NCBI GenBank assembly: GCA_963754315.1
Contig: CAVWFS010000007.1
Span: forward strand, 768,001 to 832,000
DNA: 64,000 bases
From: an uncultured Candidatus Rokubacteria bacterium
GTDB taxonomy: Bacteria > Methylomirabilota > Methylomirabilia > Rokubacteriales > CSP1-6
Direction of reading: 5' to 3'
The translations under genes and the position numbers were made by a program. This document shows positions 21,551 to 31,357 of the stretch, piece by piece. Each line of letters begins with the position of its first letter. Position 1 is the first letter of the stretch. The notes beneath the pieces are model-generated. The model made no database searches, was not told where the DNA came from, and was given only the letters and a program-made list of their open reading frames with translations.

Positions 21551-23446
21551 TCAGTACGTCAGGGTAAACGCCAGAAACGCCGAGTAGAGCAGGCCGCCCG
21601 GGAACGAGTTCGTGGTGCGTTCCAGCCCGTTGGCGCCGAACGTGAACTTCGTGTTGGAGTACAGATCCTGGAAGCCGCTTCCCACCTGCAGGGCCGCCAG
21701 ACCGGCCGAGATGATGACGTTATCGTTCAGGAACGGACGCCACCGCATACCGACGGAGTAGTCGATCCCGATGTTGTGGCCGATCTTGCTCTGGAAGAGC
21801 AGGTTCTCGAGCACCTTCGTGGTCTGAAACCGCAACAGATTGACGTTGATAAAGCTCTTGAGGGTGGGGGTCAAGTCCAGATCGACGCCGAAATTGAGGA
21901 GAAAGAGGCCGGGGTTGATAAAGTTCGGCTGACCCTCGATCTTGCTCGAGCGGAGATCGGGCACCAGACTGAAGGGCCCTTTCAGGGACAGCCCCGTGCT
22001 GGTCAGGGGCAATCCATTGCGCACCCAGTAGCTGAAGCCGTTGCCGGCGAAGTTGGGATTGTCGAAGATCGTATCGAACCCGCGGGCGACTGCGTCGTTG
22101 GGTGTCGGGTCCCCTGACGACCAGAAGAACGAGAGCTTCGGCCGAACCCAGTCGAAGTCCATGGAGAGCTCGAAGGCGGCCATCTGGGCGGAGAGCCGCT
22201 GGCCCTGGCCGCCGATCGGATCGTCGTCCTGGCCGCCCAGTACCTGGTAGAAGGCGTGGGTGATGTTGAGGGGGCCTATGTGGCCATCGCCGTTCCAGCC
22301 CAGCCACACCGCGTTGAGGACCTTGGGGGCGAGCGTCCCGATCGGGGCGGGGCGGGTGAGGAACCCGTTGCGATCGAAGTGCGTGTCACCCGCGTCGTTC
22401 AGGTAGTGGAGGTTCACCATGGCCGTGTACCCGGGCCAGATCAAGTCCTGACGGAAGAGATTGGCAATGAAGAGATTCTGCCCGCGAAAGTCGAAGAGCC
22501 GATTCAGGCCGCTATTGGTGTCCTTCTCCAGCGGTCGGAAATAGGCGGCGTTGAACTGGTAACGATTGGCATCGAAGTTCCCAAAGAGTCGAGCGCCGAG
22601 CTGGCTATCGCTGAAGATGAATCCACGGAAGTCGCTCTGAAAGAGCTGGATGCCAGCCCGGCTCGAGATGAAGTCGTAATTCGGGCTCAGGTCCGCGAGG
22701 TGGTACTCCACCAGCAATTCCTGAAGGCTGATGTACTCGTCGAGGCGGGTCGTGCCCCGACGCACGTCGATGTTCACCACCCCGTTCTCCTGGGCGCTCA
22801 AATAGTTCACGTTGAAGACGGGGGTGATACGGAACTCCCAGTCGCGCGGCCGGAAGGCGCTATCGCCCTTGAATAGCTCGATGGACGCGATGGCGTAGCT
22901 ACTGAAGAAAATCTGGTCGCCGCGCCCGAAGAAATCAAACTCACCCGAGCGGGCGGCGCTGACGTTACTCGGGGTCGGAATGCTCCGGAAGTTCACCACC
23001 GTGTCGAGGATGGCCGATACGTTGAGGAAAATATCTTGCCCGAGTATCGGGTAATCGCTCTTGAGCACATTTTGGTTGTAGGGGTCCCACCACCGCCCCC
23101 GGGCGAACGGGCTGTCGACCGGCCGGTCGAAGCGATTCCAGTTGGGCATGCCGATACGCCACCGGTCCAGGATCGGCACGAAATCCGGGCTGGTGGCGGT
23201 CGGGCCCGGCGTCAACGATCGGCCAGCGAACCCGAGAGGCTCCTCGGCCGGGGCCGGCGGGGCCGGCTCGGCACGGGGGGCATCCGCGGTGGCGGGGGGA
23301 GGCGAAGGAGTGGGGGCCGCCTCCGTTTCCTGACTCGGGGATCGGCGAATCCCCTGGGCGAGCAGGACGTCGGCAGTCTGGGCGCTGCCGGGAGCGGGAA
23401 GAATGGCCGCGAGCACGGCGCACCATAACAGTCGCCATCTCCGCAT
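21551..23446 (-). CDS. Outer-membrane beta-barrel (porin-like) protein
   Basis: Signal peptide (GSA-Q), Pro-rich linker, many aromatic amphipathic strands, C-terminal BAM-type strand 'AFLAFTLTY'. GGAGAGG RBS. Confidence 0.75.
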   Translation of the reverse strand: MRRWRLLWCAVLAAILPAPGSAQTADVLLAQGIRRSPSQETEAAPTPSPPPATADAPRAEPAPPAPAEEPLGFAGRSLTPGPTATSPDFVPILDRWRIGMPNWNRFDRPVDSPFARGRWWDPYNQNVLKSDYPILGQDIFLNVSAILDTVVNFRSIPTPSNVSAARSGEFDFFGRGDQIFFSSYAIASIELFKGDSAFRPRDWEFRITPVFNVNYLSAQENGVVNIDVRRGTTRLDEYISLQELLVEYHLADLSPNYDFISSRAGIQLFQSDFRGFIFSDSQLGARLFGNFDANRYQFNAAYFRPLEKDTNSGLNRLFDFRGQNLFIANLFRQDLIWPGYTAMVNLHYLNDAGDTHFDRNGFLTRPAPIGTLAPKVLNAVWLGWNGDGHIGPLNITHAFYQVLGGQDDDPIGGQGQRLSAQMAAFELSMDFDWVRPKLSFFWSSGDPTPNDAVARGFDTIFDNPNFAGNGFSYWVRNGLPLTSTGLSLKGPFSLVPDLRSSKIEGQPNFINPGLFLLNFGVDLDLTPTLKSFINVNLLRFQTTKVLENLLFQSKIGHNIGIDYSVGMRWRPFLNDNVIISAGLAALQVGSGFQDLYSNTKFTFGANGLERTTNSFPGGLLYSAFLAFTLTY

Positions 23447-23672
23447 CGCCCTCTCCCCTTGGCGACCTCACGATCCGCACCCCAAAACCTTGTTCGACGC
23501 GAACCGGGAAGGCCGGCAGCATCCTAATCCGGTTTGTCTTGCGAAGTAAAGCGACTCATGGGTGATTGGCAGCGAACAAGGGCCCCTCGGGACGTTCCTG
23601 ATCGTAAGTCAAACGCGACGACAGTCCCTCTCGCTGAGGACCGCGGTCGGCTCGCCGGGCTCCGGGCTTGGA

Positions 23673-26600
23673 TCAGAAGACCGGAGGAAAAGGCATCGGT
23701 CGCCGGGGGGCGGTCCTTGGCGGCGGCGCAGCAGGTGGCTGCTCCACAGGCGGGGCCGGTTGCACGCGTGGCTGTGAAGGCTGCTCGCGCGGCTGCGTCC
23801 CCTCGGGCGGGGCCGGCTGCACGCGCGGCTGTGAGGGCTGCGCGCGCGGCGCCGGTTGCGCGCGCGGCGGCTGCTCCACGAGCGGGGGCGGCTGTACGGC
23901 AGGCGCTTGCTCAACCGGGGGTGGCGTCGACAGGGGGCGCTCGGGAGCCAGGGCCTGCCCTCTCATTGCAACGCGGACGCTATGTCTCGGGTCGTCCGAA
24001 CCGCGGGGGGCGTACGTCTGCTCGAAATTGATGGGTCCGACCGTTTGAGGAGAAAGCTGGAACGCCGCTCGGCAGCTCATCTTTGGCTCGAGGTGAGCTC
24101 CCCCGCATTCGTCGCGAACGACGGTCACCGACTCCGGTGCCCGCTGCGTCGCTTCCAGATCGACCGCCGCCTGGCCCTCGTTGACGATGGTGATCTGCCG
24201 CACCGAACCACGTTTGCCCACGGCGACAGCCCCGAGGGCCAGGCTGATCGTCGGCTGCCCGGTGCTTGACGAGGAGGCCGTGCCTTGACCCGAGACGACA
24301 AGGCGCGGAACCTCAGTCGGGCGTGGGGGCTCAACCGGTAGCGTGGCAGATCTCACGTCAGACTCGGGCGGCATCGCCGAGCTCACGAGGATGTCCACTC
24401 TTCTGTTCTGGGCCCGGCAGCTCTCGCTGTTCTCCGTGCACGCGGGAAAAGCCGCGCCGTAGCTGGTCATCGTGAAGCGGCTCGGCGCAATTCCCTTTCC
24501 GACGAGGTAATCCATGACGCTCTTGGCCCGGCGTTCACCGATTCCGAGCGCGGCGGTCGGGGCGGCCCCGGCCTCCTCCGCGGCATGTCCTGCAATGAAC
24601 CCGCGTCGATCGGGGTTTGACCGCATCCAGTCCGCAATCTGGTCCAGAATCTTCGTGTCGCCCGGCTGGACGTCGGACTTGTCGCCCTCGAAGAAGATCG
24701 GGCCGAATCCAACCGGCTGGACTGCGTCAAACCCGGCTGGAAGGGGAGGTCGAGGCACCACGCCCTGCGTGACCGGGCTCTCAGGCGCAGGCGGCGGCGG
24801 TTGGTCCGTCGATTCCCTAGGGGACCTATCGACAAGTGGCGCGGGGATATGCAACGGCGGCAAGAGCGCGAGGATGGCGGCCGTCGCCAGTGCGGCACTC
24901 ACCACGTTCACCCAGGGACGCAGTCCCAGGAACGCGTTGCCTCCGCGATACAGGGCGCGCAGCAACCACTTTGGCGCGACCGGCGTCAGCCTTCCGATCC
25001 GGCGCGCGGAGAGAAAGTGCAGGAAGATGTAGTCACGGAAAGGACTATCCTGAGGGACGATTTGCGCGACGGCCCGAGTGCGCCGAGCCATCTGCCATCG
25101 GCGCCACACCGCGCCAAGACGGGCCAGAAGCGACGCTGAGCCGGCCGCGTTCTGCGGCCGGCCGAGCGCGATGCGCAGCGGAGCGTTGAGGTTTCCCTCT
25201 TCGGCTATGTGCGAGAGCATCGCGTGGAGAAGCGCGCGGACACGGGCTTCGTCCCCCGAGCTCAGCCGTGACAGCAGCGCTTCCCGAAGCCAGTCGGGCA
25301 TGTAGGCCTCGCGAAACCAGACCAGGTGGGACAGTCGCGGGAGCAGGCGTTCGACCTCGACGGCATCTCGGGCGAGCCCCGAGACGAGGCGAAGCGTAAT
25401 TCCCCAGTGAATCTCGGGGTACACGGCGCATGCAGCGAGCCACACGAATCCTCGGGCGCCCAGATGCTCAAGCAGGGTTTGACAGAGCTGGTCAATGGTT
25501 TCCGGCGGCGGAGCGTCTCGCTCGAGCCAGCGTCGCGGATTCATGTCCAGCAGCGAGCGGGTCATGGTCGTGGGCCGAGCTGCGGTGATCGCGGCCGCGC
25601 CCAACTCATTCAGGCTGGGCCCGAGGGCGATCAGGCCGGCGCGCGAAAGAGGGAGGGTCACGAATCCAAGCTGTCCCAGGGCCCATTCGCGGTGGGCCCA
25701 GGTCTCGATCGGCTTGGGCGTGAGAATCACTCGCTCCGTCCATTCGGTCAAGGTCGTGACCCAGGACGCAGGCTCTCCGGTGAACGGATGGAAAAACTCG
25801 GCCCCATCGCTGAAGACGATGACGCGATGCTCGGGGTGGCGGGCCCGAAGCTCGTCAAGAGGCACCGCCAACCGCTCCGACCCGAGCCTGAGCGGTCCCT
25901 CACGCGGCCGACGGCACACGGTGGGGTCGCCATCGTAATCGTAGCGCTGGATCAGGACGTCGCTTCGCAGCAGCTCTCCGACCAGGGCGTCGGCCAGGCA
26001 GGCCTGGTGATCGGAGAGGCTCTCCCGATCGGTCAGCACGAGATAATCGGGCTCCACCCGGGAGCCGAAGACTGGCGTGAAAAGTCCGGTGTTGGCGATC
26101 GACGCGCCGATCGTGGCGGAGACGTCGATCTCAGTCGAGTGCACGCGACGGCGGCGCCGTAGGTCCTGAGTCAAGCGGCGTATCGGTAGATTCGGGAGAA
26201 GCGGGCGGACATCGCCGGACAGATAAACGTCGCGCAGCGTTTTGGGGGCGGCGCTAACGATACGCCTCAGGATCGGCCGGCGCCAGGCGCGCACCAGGAC
26301 CCAGATCACCAGGAGGAGAGCCGGTCCGGTGGCGATCAGGGCGTTGGTCCATCTCACGCGCCGCCATCCCGTCGGCGGTGCCGGCGTGACCGGGGCTCTC
26401 GTCGTGGGTGGCGTTGCCGATCGGTTCAGATGCAGGCTCGGCAGGGTGACGTCGGGCGAGAGCCACGCGAAGAGGAGGCGCGTCCGCCCATAGCCAGCCA
26501 GGGATTCGCCGACGCGCATCTGATGATCCTCGAAGCCCGCTTTGCGCACGGTGATGGTCGTCGGAAACCGACTGGCCCGGGACGGGATTTGAAATCGTCC

Positions 26601-27074
26601 AGACGCATCGGACACCGCCTTCTGCTCGCCGAGGGTGATCTCGGCTTCGGCGACTGCGCCGCCATCGACGACGACGGCGCCGCTCAGCAGACGCGGCCGC
26701 CAGTTCTGCCACCCGAACCAGACGGCGACCGCCACTGCGAGGGTGAGCGCCCCCAGAGCGAGGCGCCGCCCGTGTTGGGATCTGAGTGATCGCTTCGCCT
26801 GCGGCTCGGCTCTCGGCGCCGTCCGTGCCCCATCAGGGAGCCGTCGGGCCAGCCAGCGCTGGAAGATCTCGGGGTAACGCCGCTGCTCGTAGGGGGTCGT
26901 GCAAAAGATGGGGCCGAGATGTGAGGCCAATCGCGACGGATCATTCGGGAGTCTCCCCTCGGCCGCCAGGCGCACGAGCATCTGCTGGGCGAACAGGTAT
27001 TGATGGGTTGTGATACGGAAGTCGGCGTTCCGCAGCTCGTTGCCGAGATCGACCAGGTCTTCGAGGGCAAGCAC
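23673..27074 (-). CDS. vWA (CoxE-like) component of a MoxR ternary system, with TM segments, a carboxypeptidase-regulatory-like loop, an OmpA-like domain, an Ig/ASH-like domain and a Pro/Gln tail
   Basis: GTG at 27074 after GAGG, just past the MoxR stop. 'EIDVSATI...GLFTPVFG...YLVLTDR', 'VIVFSDG', 'WLAACAVYPEIHWGITL'. OmpA motifs IFFEGDKS, GERRAKSVMDYLVGKGI, AQNRRVDI. Confidence 0.75.
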   Translation of the reverse strand: MLALEDLVDLGNELRNADFRITTHQYLFAQQMLVRLAAEGRLPNDPSRLASHLGPIFCTTPYEQRRYPEIFQRWLARRLPDGARTAPRAEPQAKRSLRSQHGRRLALGALTLAVAVAVWFGWQNWRPRLLSGAVVVDGGAVAEAEITLGEQKAVSDASGRFQIPSRASRFPTTITVRKAGFEDHQMRVGESLAGYGRTRLLFAWLSPDVTLPSLHLNRSATPPTTRAPVTPAPPTGWRRVRWTNALIATGPALLLVIWVLVRAWRRPILRRIVSAAPKTLRDVYLSGDVRPLLPNLPIRRLTQDLRRRRRVHSTEIDVSATIGASIANTGLFTPVFGSRVEPDYLVLTDRESLSDHQACLADALVGELLRSDVLIQRYDYDGDPTVCRRPREGPLRLGSERLAVPLDELRARHPEHRVIVFSDGAEFFHPFTGEPASWVTTLTEWTERVILTPKPIETWAHREWALGQLGFVTLPLSRAGLIALGPSLNELGAAAITAARPTTMTRSLLDMNPRRWLERDAPPPETIDQLCQTLLEHLGARGFVWLAACAVYPEIHWGITLRLVSGLARDAVEVERLLPRLSHLVWFREAYMPDWLREALLSRLSSGDEARVRALLHAMLSHIAEEGNLNAPLRIALGRPQNAAGSASLLARLGAVWRRWQMARRTRAVAQIVPQDSPFRDYIFLHFLSARRIGRLTPVAPKWLLRALYRGGNAFLGLRPWVNVVSAALATAAILALLPPLHIPAPLVDRSPRESTDQPPPPAPESPVTQGVVPRPPLPAGFDAVQPVGFGPIFFEGDKSDVQPGDTKILDQIADWMRSNPDRRGFIAGHAAEEAGAAPTAALGIGERRAKSVMDYLVGKGIAPSRFTMTSYGAAFPACTENSESCRAQNRRVDILVSSAMPPESDVRSATLPVEPPRPTEVPRLVVSGQGTASSSSTGQPTISLALGAVAVGKRGSVRQITIVNEGQAAVDLEATQRAPESVTVVRDECGGAHLEPKMSCRAAFQLSPQTVGPINFEQTYAPRGSDDPRHSVRVAMRGQALAPERPLSTPPPVEQAPAVQPPPLVEQPPRAQPAPRAQPSQPRVQPAPPEGTQPREQPSQPRVQPAPPVEQPPAAPPPRTAPRRPMPFPPVF
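23745..23910 (-). repeat. Imperfect coding tandem repeats encoding QPSQPRVQPAPP / VEQPP units
   Basis: GGCGGGGCCGG(T/C)TGCACGCG(T/C)GGCTGTGA(A/G)GGCTGC occurs twice about 57 bp apart. Pro/Gln-rich translation. Confidence 0.7.
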
Positions 27075-27087
27075 GGCGGCCCTCGTG

Positions 27088-28071
27088 TTAGGAACCGAGG
27101 CGGCCCCGGACGAACTCCATGATCTCGTCGGCATCTTCACGCACCTTGGCCAAGGTGCTCAGGCTTGCGCGCAGCGCGGCGGGCGAAGCCACCACGGACT
27201 GGTCTTGGGCAGCCCCGCCTTCGACCAAGACGTGGAGCCAGTTGAGCAACTCGGCCGTGGACGGTGGCTTGCGGAGGTTCTGCTTGCGGATCTCCAGGAA
27301 GAGATCGATCGCGCTGTCCAGCAGCACGCTGGACCCGTCCTTGAACCCATCGAGCCGGCCTTGGATGATCGCCACCAATCGTTCCTTCCCGGGCGACGGG
27401 ATGTTGTAGTACACGCAGCGCCGCAGGAAGGCGTCGGGGAGATTTTTCTCGGAGTTGCTGGTCACGACGAGCACGGGTCGGTGATCTCGGTCGGCGCGGA
27501 TCTCCACGTTCCCCAGTTCGGGGACACGAAACGACATGCTCTCGACTTCGTTGAGCAAGTCGTTCGGGAAGTCCCGGGGGGCCTTGTCGACCTCGTCAAT
27601 CAGAACGACGCATCGGCGGCGCCCCCGGTGCACGAATCCCGGGGGCAGCCAGGGCTTCACCTCGACCTCGTCGTGAGAATGCAGAATGGCCAGGCCGAGG
27701 GCGTTGTACACGAGGTAGTCCAGGTTCTCCTGGCTGCCGTGGCCGACTTGCGCGGCGTGGAAGCGGCGCAGAGTGTCGAACGTGTAGAAAAGGTCGCGGG
27801 CGATGCTCGTGGACTTCGTGTTGAAGACGAGGGGTTCTCCGTAGCCGAGCTCCCAGGCCAGACGGAACGCCAGTTGGGTCTTGCCCGTACCCGGCTCCCC
27901 CGTCACGAGCAATGGCTGTCCCAGGACGAGCGCGACGTTGACGGCATCCACCAGGTCAGAGTCGGGCAGGTAGTGGGCGGGGTCCGTCTGCTTCTGACGA
28001 TCCGGCACCGGCAGGGCCAGCGGTTCGGACGGTGCTGCCTCGGCACGGCCACTGATGTACGGGAATCGCAT
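27088..28071 (-). CDS. MoxR-family AAA+ ATPase
   Basis: Walker A GEPGTGKT, Walker B VVLIDEVDKAPRDFPNDLL, TSNSEKNLPDAFLRRC. Confidence 0.93.
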   Translation of the reverse strand: MRFPYISGRAEAAPSEPLALPVPDRQKQTDPAHYLPDSDLVDAVNVALVLGQPLLVTGEPGTGKTQLAFRLAWELGYGEPLVFNTKSTSIARDLFYTFDTLRRFHAAQVGHGSQENLDYLVYNALGLAILHSHDEVEVKPWLPPGFVHRGRRRCVVLIDEVDKAPRDFPNDLLNEVESMSFRVPELGNVEIRADRDHRPVLVVTSNSEKNLPDAFLRRCVYYNIPSPGKERLVAIIQGRLDGFKDGSSVLLDSAIDLFLEIRKQNLRKPPSTAELLNWLHVLVEGGAAQDQSVVASPAALRASLSTLAKVREDADEIMEFVRGRLGS

Positions 28072-28086
28072 GGCTGCCTGCCTCGT

Positions 28087-29502
28087 CTATCGCACGGGAA
28101 GTTGCACGATCAGTTGCTGGAGCTTGTCGAACGCGATCTCCATGGGTAACGACTCGCGGTCCGCGAGAATCGTTTGCAACCGTTCGCTGGACACATGTCC
28201 GAGCCAGGGCCGGACGCGATCTCGCCAGCGATCGAGGTGGGCGAGCCTCACCGGGGGCAGTTCCGGAAGCACGTACCAGCTCAGCCGCTGATCGCGACCA
28301 TAGCTCTCCTCGCTTGCCGCCACGGCCTTGCGCAGCGACTCGTCGCCGTCCGGGGTCGATCTCCACCATTGGAGATACCGCAAGGGTCCGAGGCCCTCGC
28401 CAGGTCCTGCCTCGTACTTGACGCATACGACGGACACGATCAGGAACGAAGGCGGAAGATCAGAGAACCCAGCCCAGTACTCATACAGCTGCTGGAAGGG
28501 CTCTCCCGGCTCCCGCCCGGCCTCGGTGGCAAGGACCGTCACCACGGGAGCGATACCATTGAGACCCAGGCGCAGCATCGACTCCAGGAGCGCGCCGTCG
28601 TCGCGCGGATAGGCGATCTGGAGCTCATCGGCCAGTAGCATCCGGAACCCGTTGGCAAACGCAGCGCGAGCGGTCCCGCTCGGAAGTCGGCGAGTCATGT
28701 GCAGGAAAGGGACCTGTCGACCGAGGCCATGCCCGTTCAGGATCGACGGAAGCGTTTCGGCTCGGAGGCGATGCACGAAGGCCCGGTGGGCTTCGTTGGC
28801 AGGGCCGTGGAGGACAAACACCAGCGGGCGGCGACGCGGCTTGTCAAGACATGTGCTGAGCGCACTGCGCACGGCCTCTTCCTGCTCGTCGCGGTCGCAC
28901 AGACATGGCAGCAACTCGGGCGGCACCGAGCCCCGGCGCGTCGGTCCGGCCGGGGCGGCTTGATCTTCGGCACGCTCCGCCTCTGTGCCACGGACGGCGA
29001 TCCGGCCGGCTGCATCGCGAAGGGCGGTCTCCAACTTCTCGAGCAGCGACGGAATATCTGCGAACAGCCCTGCCAGTGATTTTCTGAGCTCGTCCTTGAA
29101 CCCTTTCAGCGGGGCCAGCACCTCGGGTCTTGTGAGGGCCTCGATCTGGTCGGAAGGCCAGCGGGCTTTCTCGCCGAGGATATACGGCAAGACCTCCTTA
29201 CCGGACTCCCTCGCCCATCGCACTTCCAGTCGTGTGATGCTGGCCGTACCGTCTCCGCCTTCCTCCCGCGCCGGCACCCACCCATACCGATGAGCGACCA
29301 GCACAACGAGGATGTCGCTGCCGACCACGCGCTCGCGGCACTCCTGGACGGACGGAGACCCACTCGGGGCCCAATCCCGATGGTCGATGGGAATCCACTG
29401 CAGACGCCTGACGACCTTGACGACCTCGTCGGCGAATTCGGCCAAGTCTTCGCCCGTATACGAGATGAAGACCCGGGGCGGACGACCCACAAGCTGACTC
29501 AT
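28087..29502 (-). CDS. DUF4062/TIR-like domain fused to a probable inactive STAND (iSTAND) domain
   Basis: N-terminus 'RVFISYT...SVQECRERV..SDILVVLVAHRYGWVP...SITRLEVRWA' (DUF4062). C-terminus 'LLPCLCDRDEQE...RRPLVFVLHGPANEAHRAFVHRL' is a degenerate P-loop. Directly upstream of MoxR and vWA. Confidence 0.75.
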   Translation of the reverse strand: MSQLVGRPPRVFISYTGEDLAEFADEVVKVVRRLQWIPIDHRDWAPSGSPSVQECRERVVGSDILVVLVAHRYGWVPAREEGGDGTASITRLEVRWARESGKEVLPYILGEKARWPSDQIEALTRPEVLAPLKGFKDELRKSLAGLFADIPSLLEKLETALRDAAGRIAVRGTEAERAEDQAAPAGPTRRGSVPPELLPCLCDRDEQEEAVRSALSTCLDKPRRRPLVFVLHGPANEAHRAFVHRLRAETLPSILNGHGLGRQVPFLHMTRRLPSGTARAAFANGFRMLLADELQIAYPRDDGALLESMLRLGLNGIAPVVTVLATEAGREPGEPFQQLYEYWAGFSDLPPSFLIVSVVCVKYEAGPGEGLGPLRYLQWWRSTPDGDESLRKAVAASEESYGRDQRLSWYVLPELPPVRLAHLDRWRDRVRPWLGHVSSERLQTILADRESLPMEIAFDKLQQLIVQLPVR

Positions 29503-29650
29503 CGCGCCAAGATCGGCCTCTCCCGCCTCCTACGACCGGGGAAAGGACATCATGCTTTCACCGATGATATCAGGTGTGGACGCAGGCGCGTTACAAGAAC
29601 AATTGGGGTTGTTCCTTCGAGCGGTCCGACGGCCAGCTCCGCCCCGAACG

Positions 29651-29679
29651 TTGACAGCACGGTGAGGGCGGGGTAGCGT
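29651..29679 (+). promoter_or_regulatory. Putative sigma70 promoter for the nuoEF-cytochrome operon
   Basis: TTGACA (29651-29656), 17-bp spacer, TAGCGT (29674-29679), about 30 bp before GAGG and the ATG at 29711. Confidence 0.6.
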
Positions 29680-29710
29680 GTGGCCGTTCCGGGGGGCGAG
29701 GTAAGCGCTG

Positions 29711-31357
29711 ATGATCATCGACGAGCTTCGAATCATCCAGAAAGAGCATGGTTACCTGCCCGCCGCGCAGCTGCGCGCCCTCTCCGAGCGGATGAGAACC
29801 TCCCTGTACCAGATCCACGGGGTGGCCAGCTTCTTTCCCCACTTCCGCCTCCAGCCTCCTCCCAAGGTTGACCTCGGCATCTGCGCGGACATGGCCTGTC
29901 ACCTGCGTGGGGCACCGCAACTTGTGCAGTGGACGACCGAGCGCCAAGATGCCCTGGCCGCCCGTGGGGTCGCCGTTCGCGCGACATCCTGTCTCGGGCA
30001 GTGCGATCGTGCGCCGGCCGCCGTCCTCAACGAGACGATCGTCGGTGGTGTCGCCCTCGAGGCCCTGTCCGCTCTCATCGATGCCGAACTGACCGGCAGC
30101 ATTCCGGCGCCGGCCTTGGAACCCTCCCCGCCGCTCCGGATCGATCCCTACGCGGGCACCCGCACCTATGGTGCCCTGCAGGCCGCCCGCGCCGAGGCCG
30201 ACCCGGCCAAACTCCTGGACGCGCTCAAGAGCAGCCAGCTCCGAGGGCTCGGGGGAGCTGGCTTCGGGACGGCGACCAAGTGGGAGATCGTCCGCGCCGC
30301 CCCCGGTGACGAGAAGTACGTCGTGTGCAATGCCGACGAGAGCGAGCCGGGTACGATCAAGGATCGGTTCATCCTGGACCATGCCCCCCACCTCGTGATC
30401 GAGGGCATGTTGCTGGCGGCCCTCGTCACCGGCGCGCGGACGGGCATCATCTATATCCGTCATGAGTACCACCACCAGAAGGAGTCCCTCGACCACGAGA
30501 TCGAACGCTGCCGGCGGGCCGGACTGCTGGACCTGGGGGCCGGGATTCCCTTCGATCTCACGGTGTTCGTGAGTCCGGGGGGCTACATCTGCGGTGAGGA
30601 ATCGGCGCTCCTGGAGGCCCTGGAGGGCCGGCGGGCGGAGCCACGCAACAAGCCTCCCTTCCCGGGCACTCACGGGCTCTGGGGCAAGCCCACCCTCATC
30701 AACAACGTCGAGACGCTCGCCATGGTCCCGGTCATTCTCAGCAAAGGCCCAGCATGGTTCCGGGACCAGGGAAGCGCGGGCGCGAGTGGTCTGAAGTTCG
30801 TGGGTATCAGCGGGCATGTGGCCAGACCCGGCGTGTACGAGATCGGGATGGGGACGCCAGCCCGTGAGGTCCTCGAGCGGGCGGGCGGCGTCCTGCACGG
30901 TCGGCCCCTCAAGGCCTGGGCACCGTCGGGGCCATCGTCGGGATACCTTCCCGCGTCCACCATCGACACGCCGCTCGACTTCAAGGCGCTGGCCACTGCT
31001 GGTTCGATGCTCGGCTCGGGGGCCCTGGTGATCTGCGCGGACGGCACCTGCATGCTCGACATGGCTGCCAACGCGGTGCGGTTCTTCAAGAACGAATCGT
31101 GCGGCAAATGTGTCCCTTGCCGCATCGGCTCGGCCAAGATGCTGGACCTGCTGGTAGGCATGACCCGTGGTCAGGGCCGGCGAGAGGATCTCGACCTCAT
31201 CGAGAACCTGTCGGAGGCGATGACCCTGACCTCCATCTGCGGCCTGGGCCAGGTGGTACCCGCCCCCATACGCTCCGTGGTGCACCACTTCCGCGACGAG
31301 ATCGAGGCCCACGTCGTCCGCAAGACGTGCCCGACGGGCGTCTGTGCCATGCGATGA
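29711..31357 (+). CDS. Fused NuoE-NuoF (HoxF-like) NAD(H) diaphorase: 2Fe-2S, FMN, 4Fe-4S
   Basis: CADMAC...CLGQC (NuoE 2Fe-2S), LRGLGGAGF, CNADESEPGTIKDR, YICGEESALLEALEG, ESCGKCVPCRIG, SICGLG. Confidence 0.9.
   Translation: MIIDELRIIQKEHGYLPAAQLRALSERMRTSLYQIHGVASFFPHFRLQPPPKVDLGICADMACHLRGAPQLVQWTTERQDALAARGVAVRATSCLGQCDRAPAAVLNETIVGGVALEALSALIDAELTGSIPAPALEPSPPLRIDPYAGTRTYGALQAARAEADPAKLLDALKSSQLRGLGGAGFGTATKWEIVRAAPGDEKYVVCNADESEPGTIKDRFILDHAPHLVIEGMLLAALVTGARTGIIYIRHEYHHQKESLDHEIERCRRAGLLDLGAGIPFDLTVFVSPGGYICGEESALLEALEGRRAEPRNKPPFPGTHGLWGKPTLINNVETLAMVPVILSKGPAWFRDQGSAGASGLKFVGISGHVARPGVYEIGMGTPAREVLERAGGVLHGRPLKAWAPSGPSSGYLPASTIDTPLDFKALATAGSMLGSGALVICADGTCMLDMAANAVRFFKNESCGKCVPCRIGSAKMLDLLVGMTRGQGRREDLDLIENLSEAMTLTSICGLGQVVPAPIRSVVHHFRDEIEAHVVRKTCPTGVCAMR

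Noticed and set aside
21551..23446. Naming the barrel/cytochromes mtrB/mtrA
   Set aside because: Heme spacing and sequence motifs are not recognisably MtrA/MtrB. Only an architectural analogy is supported.
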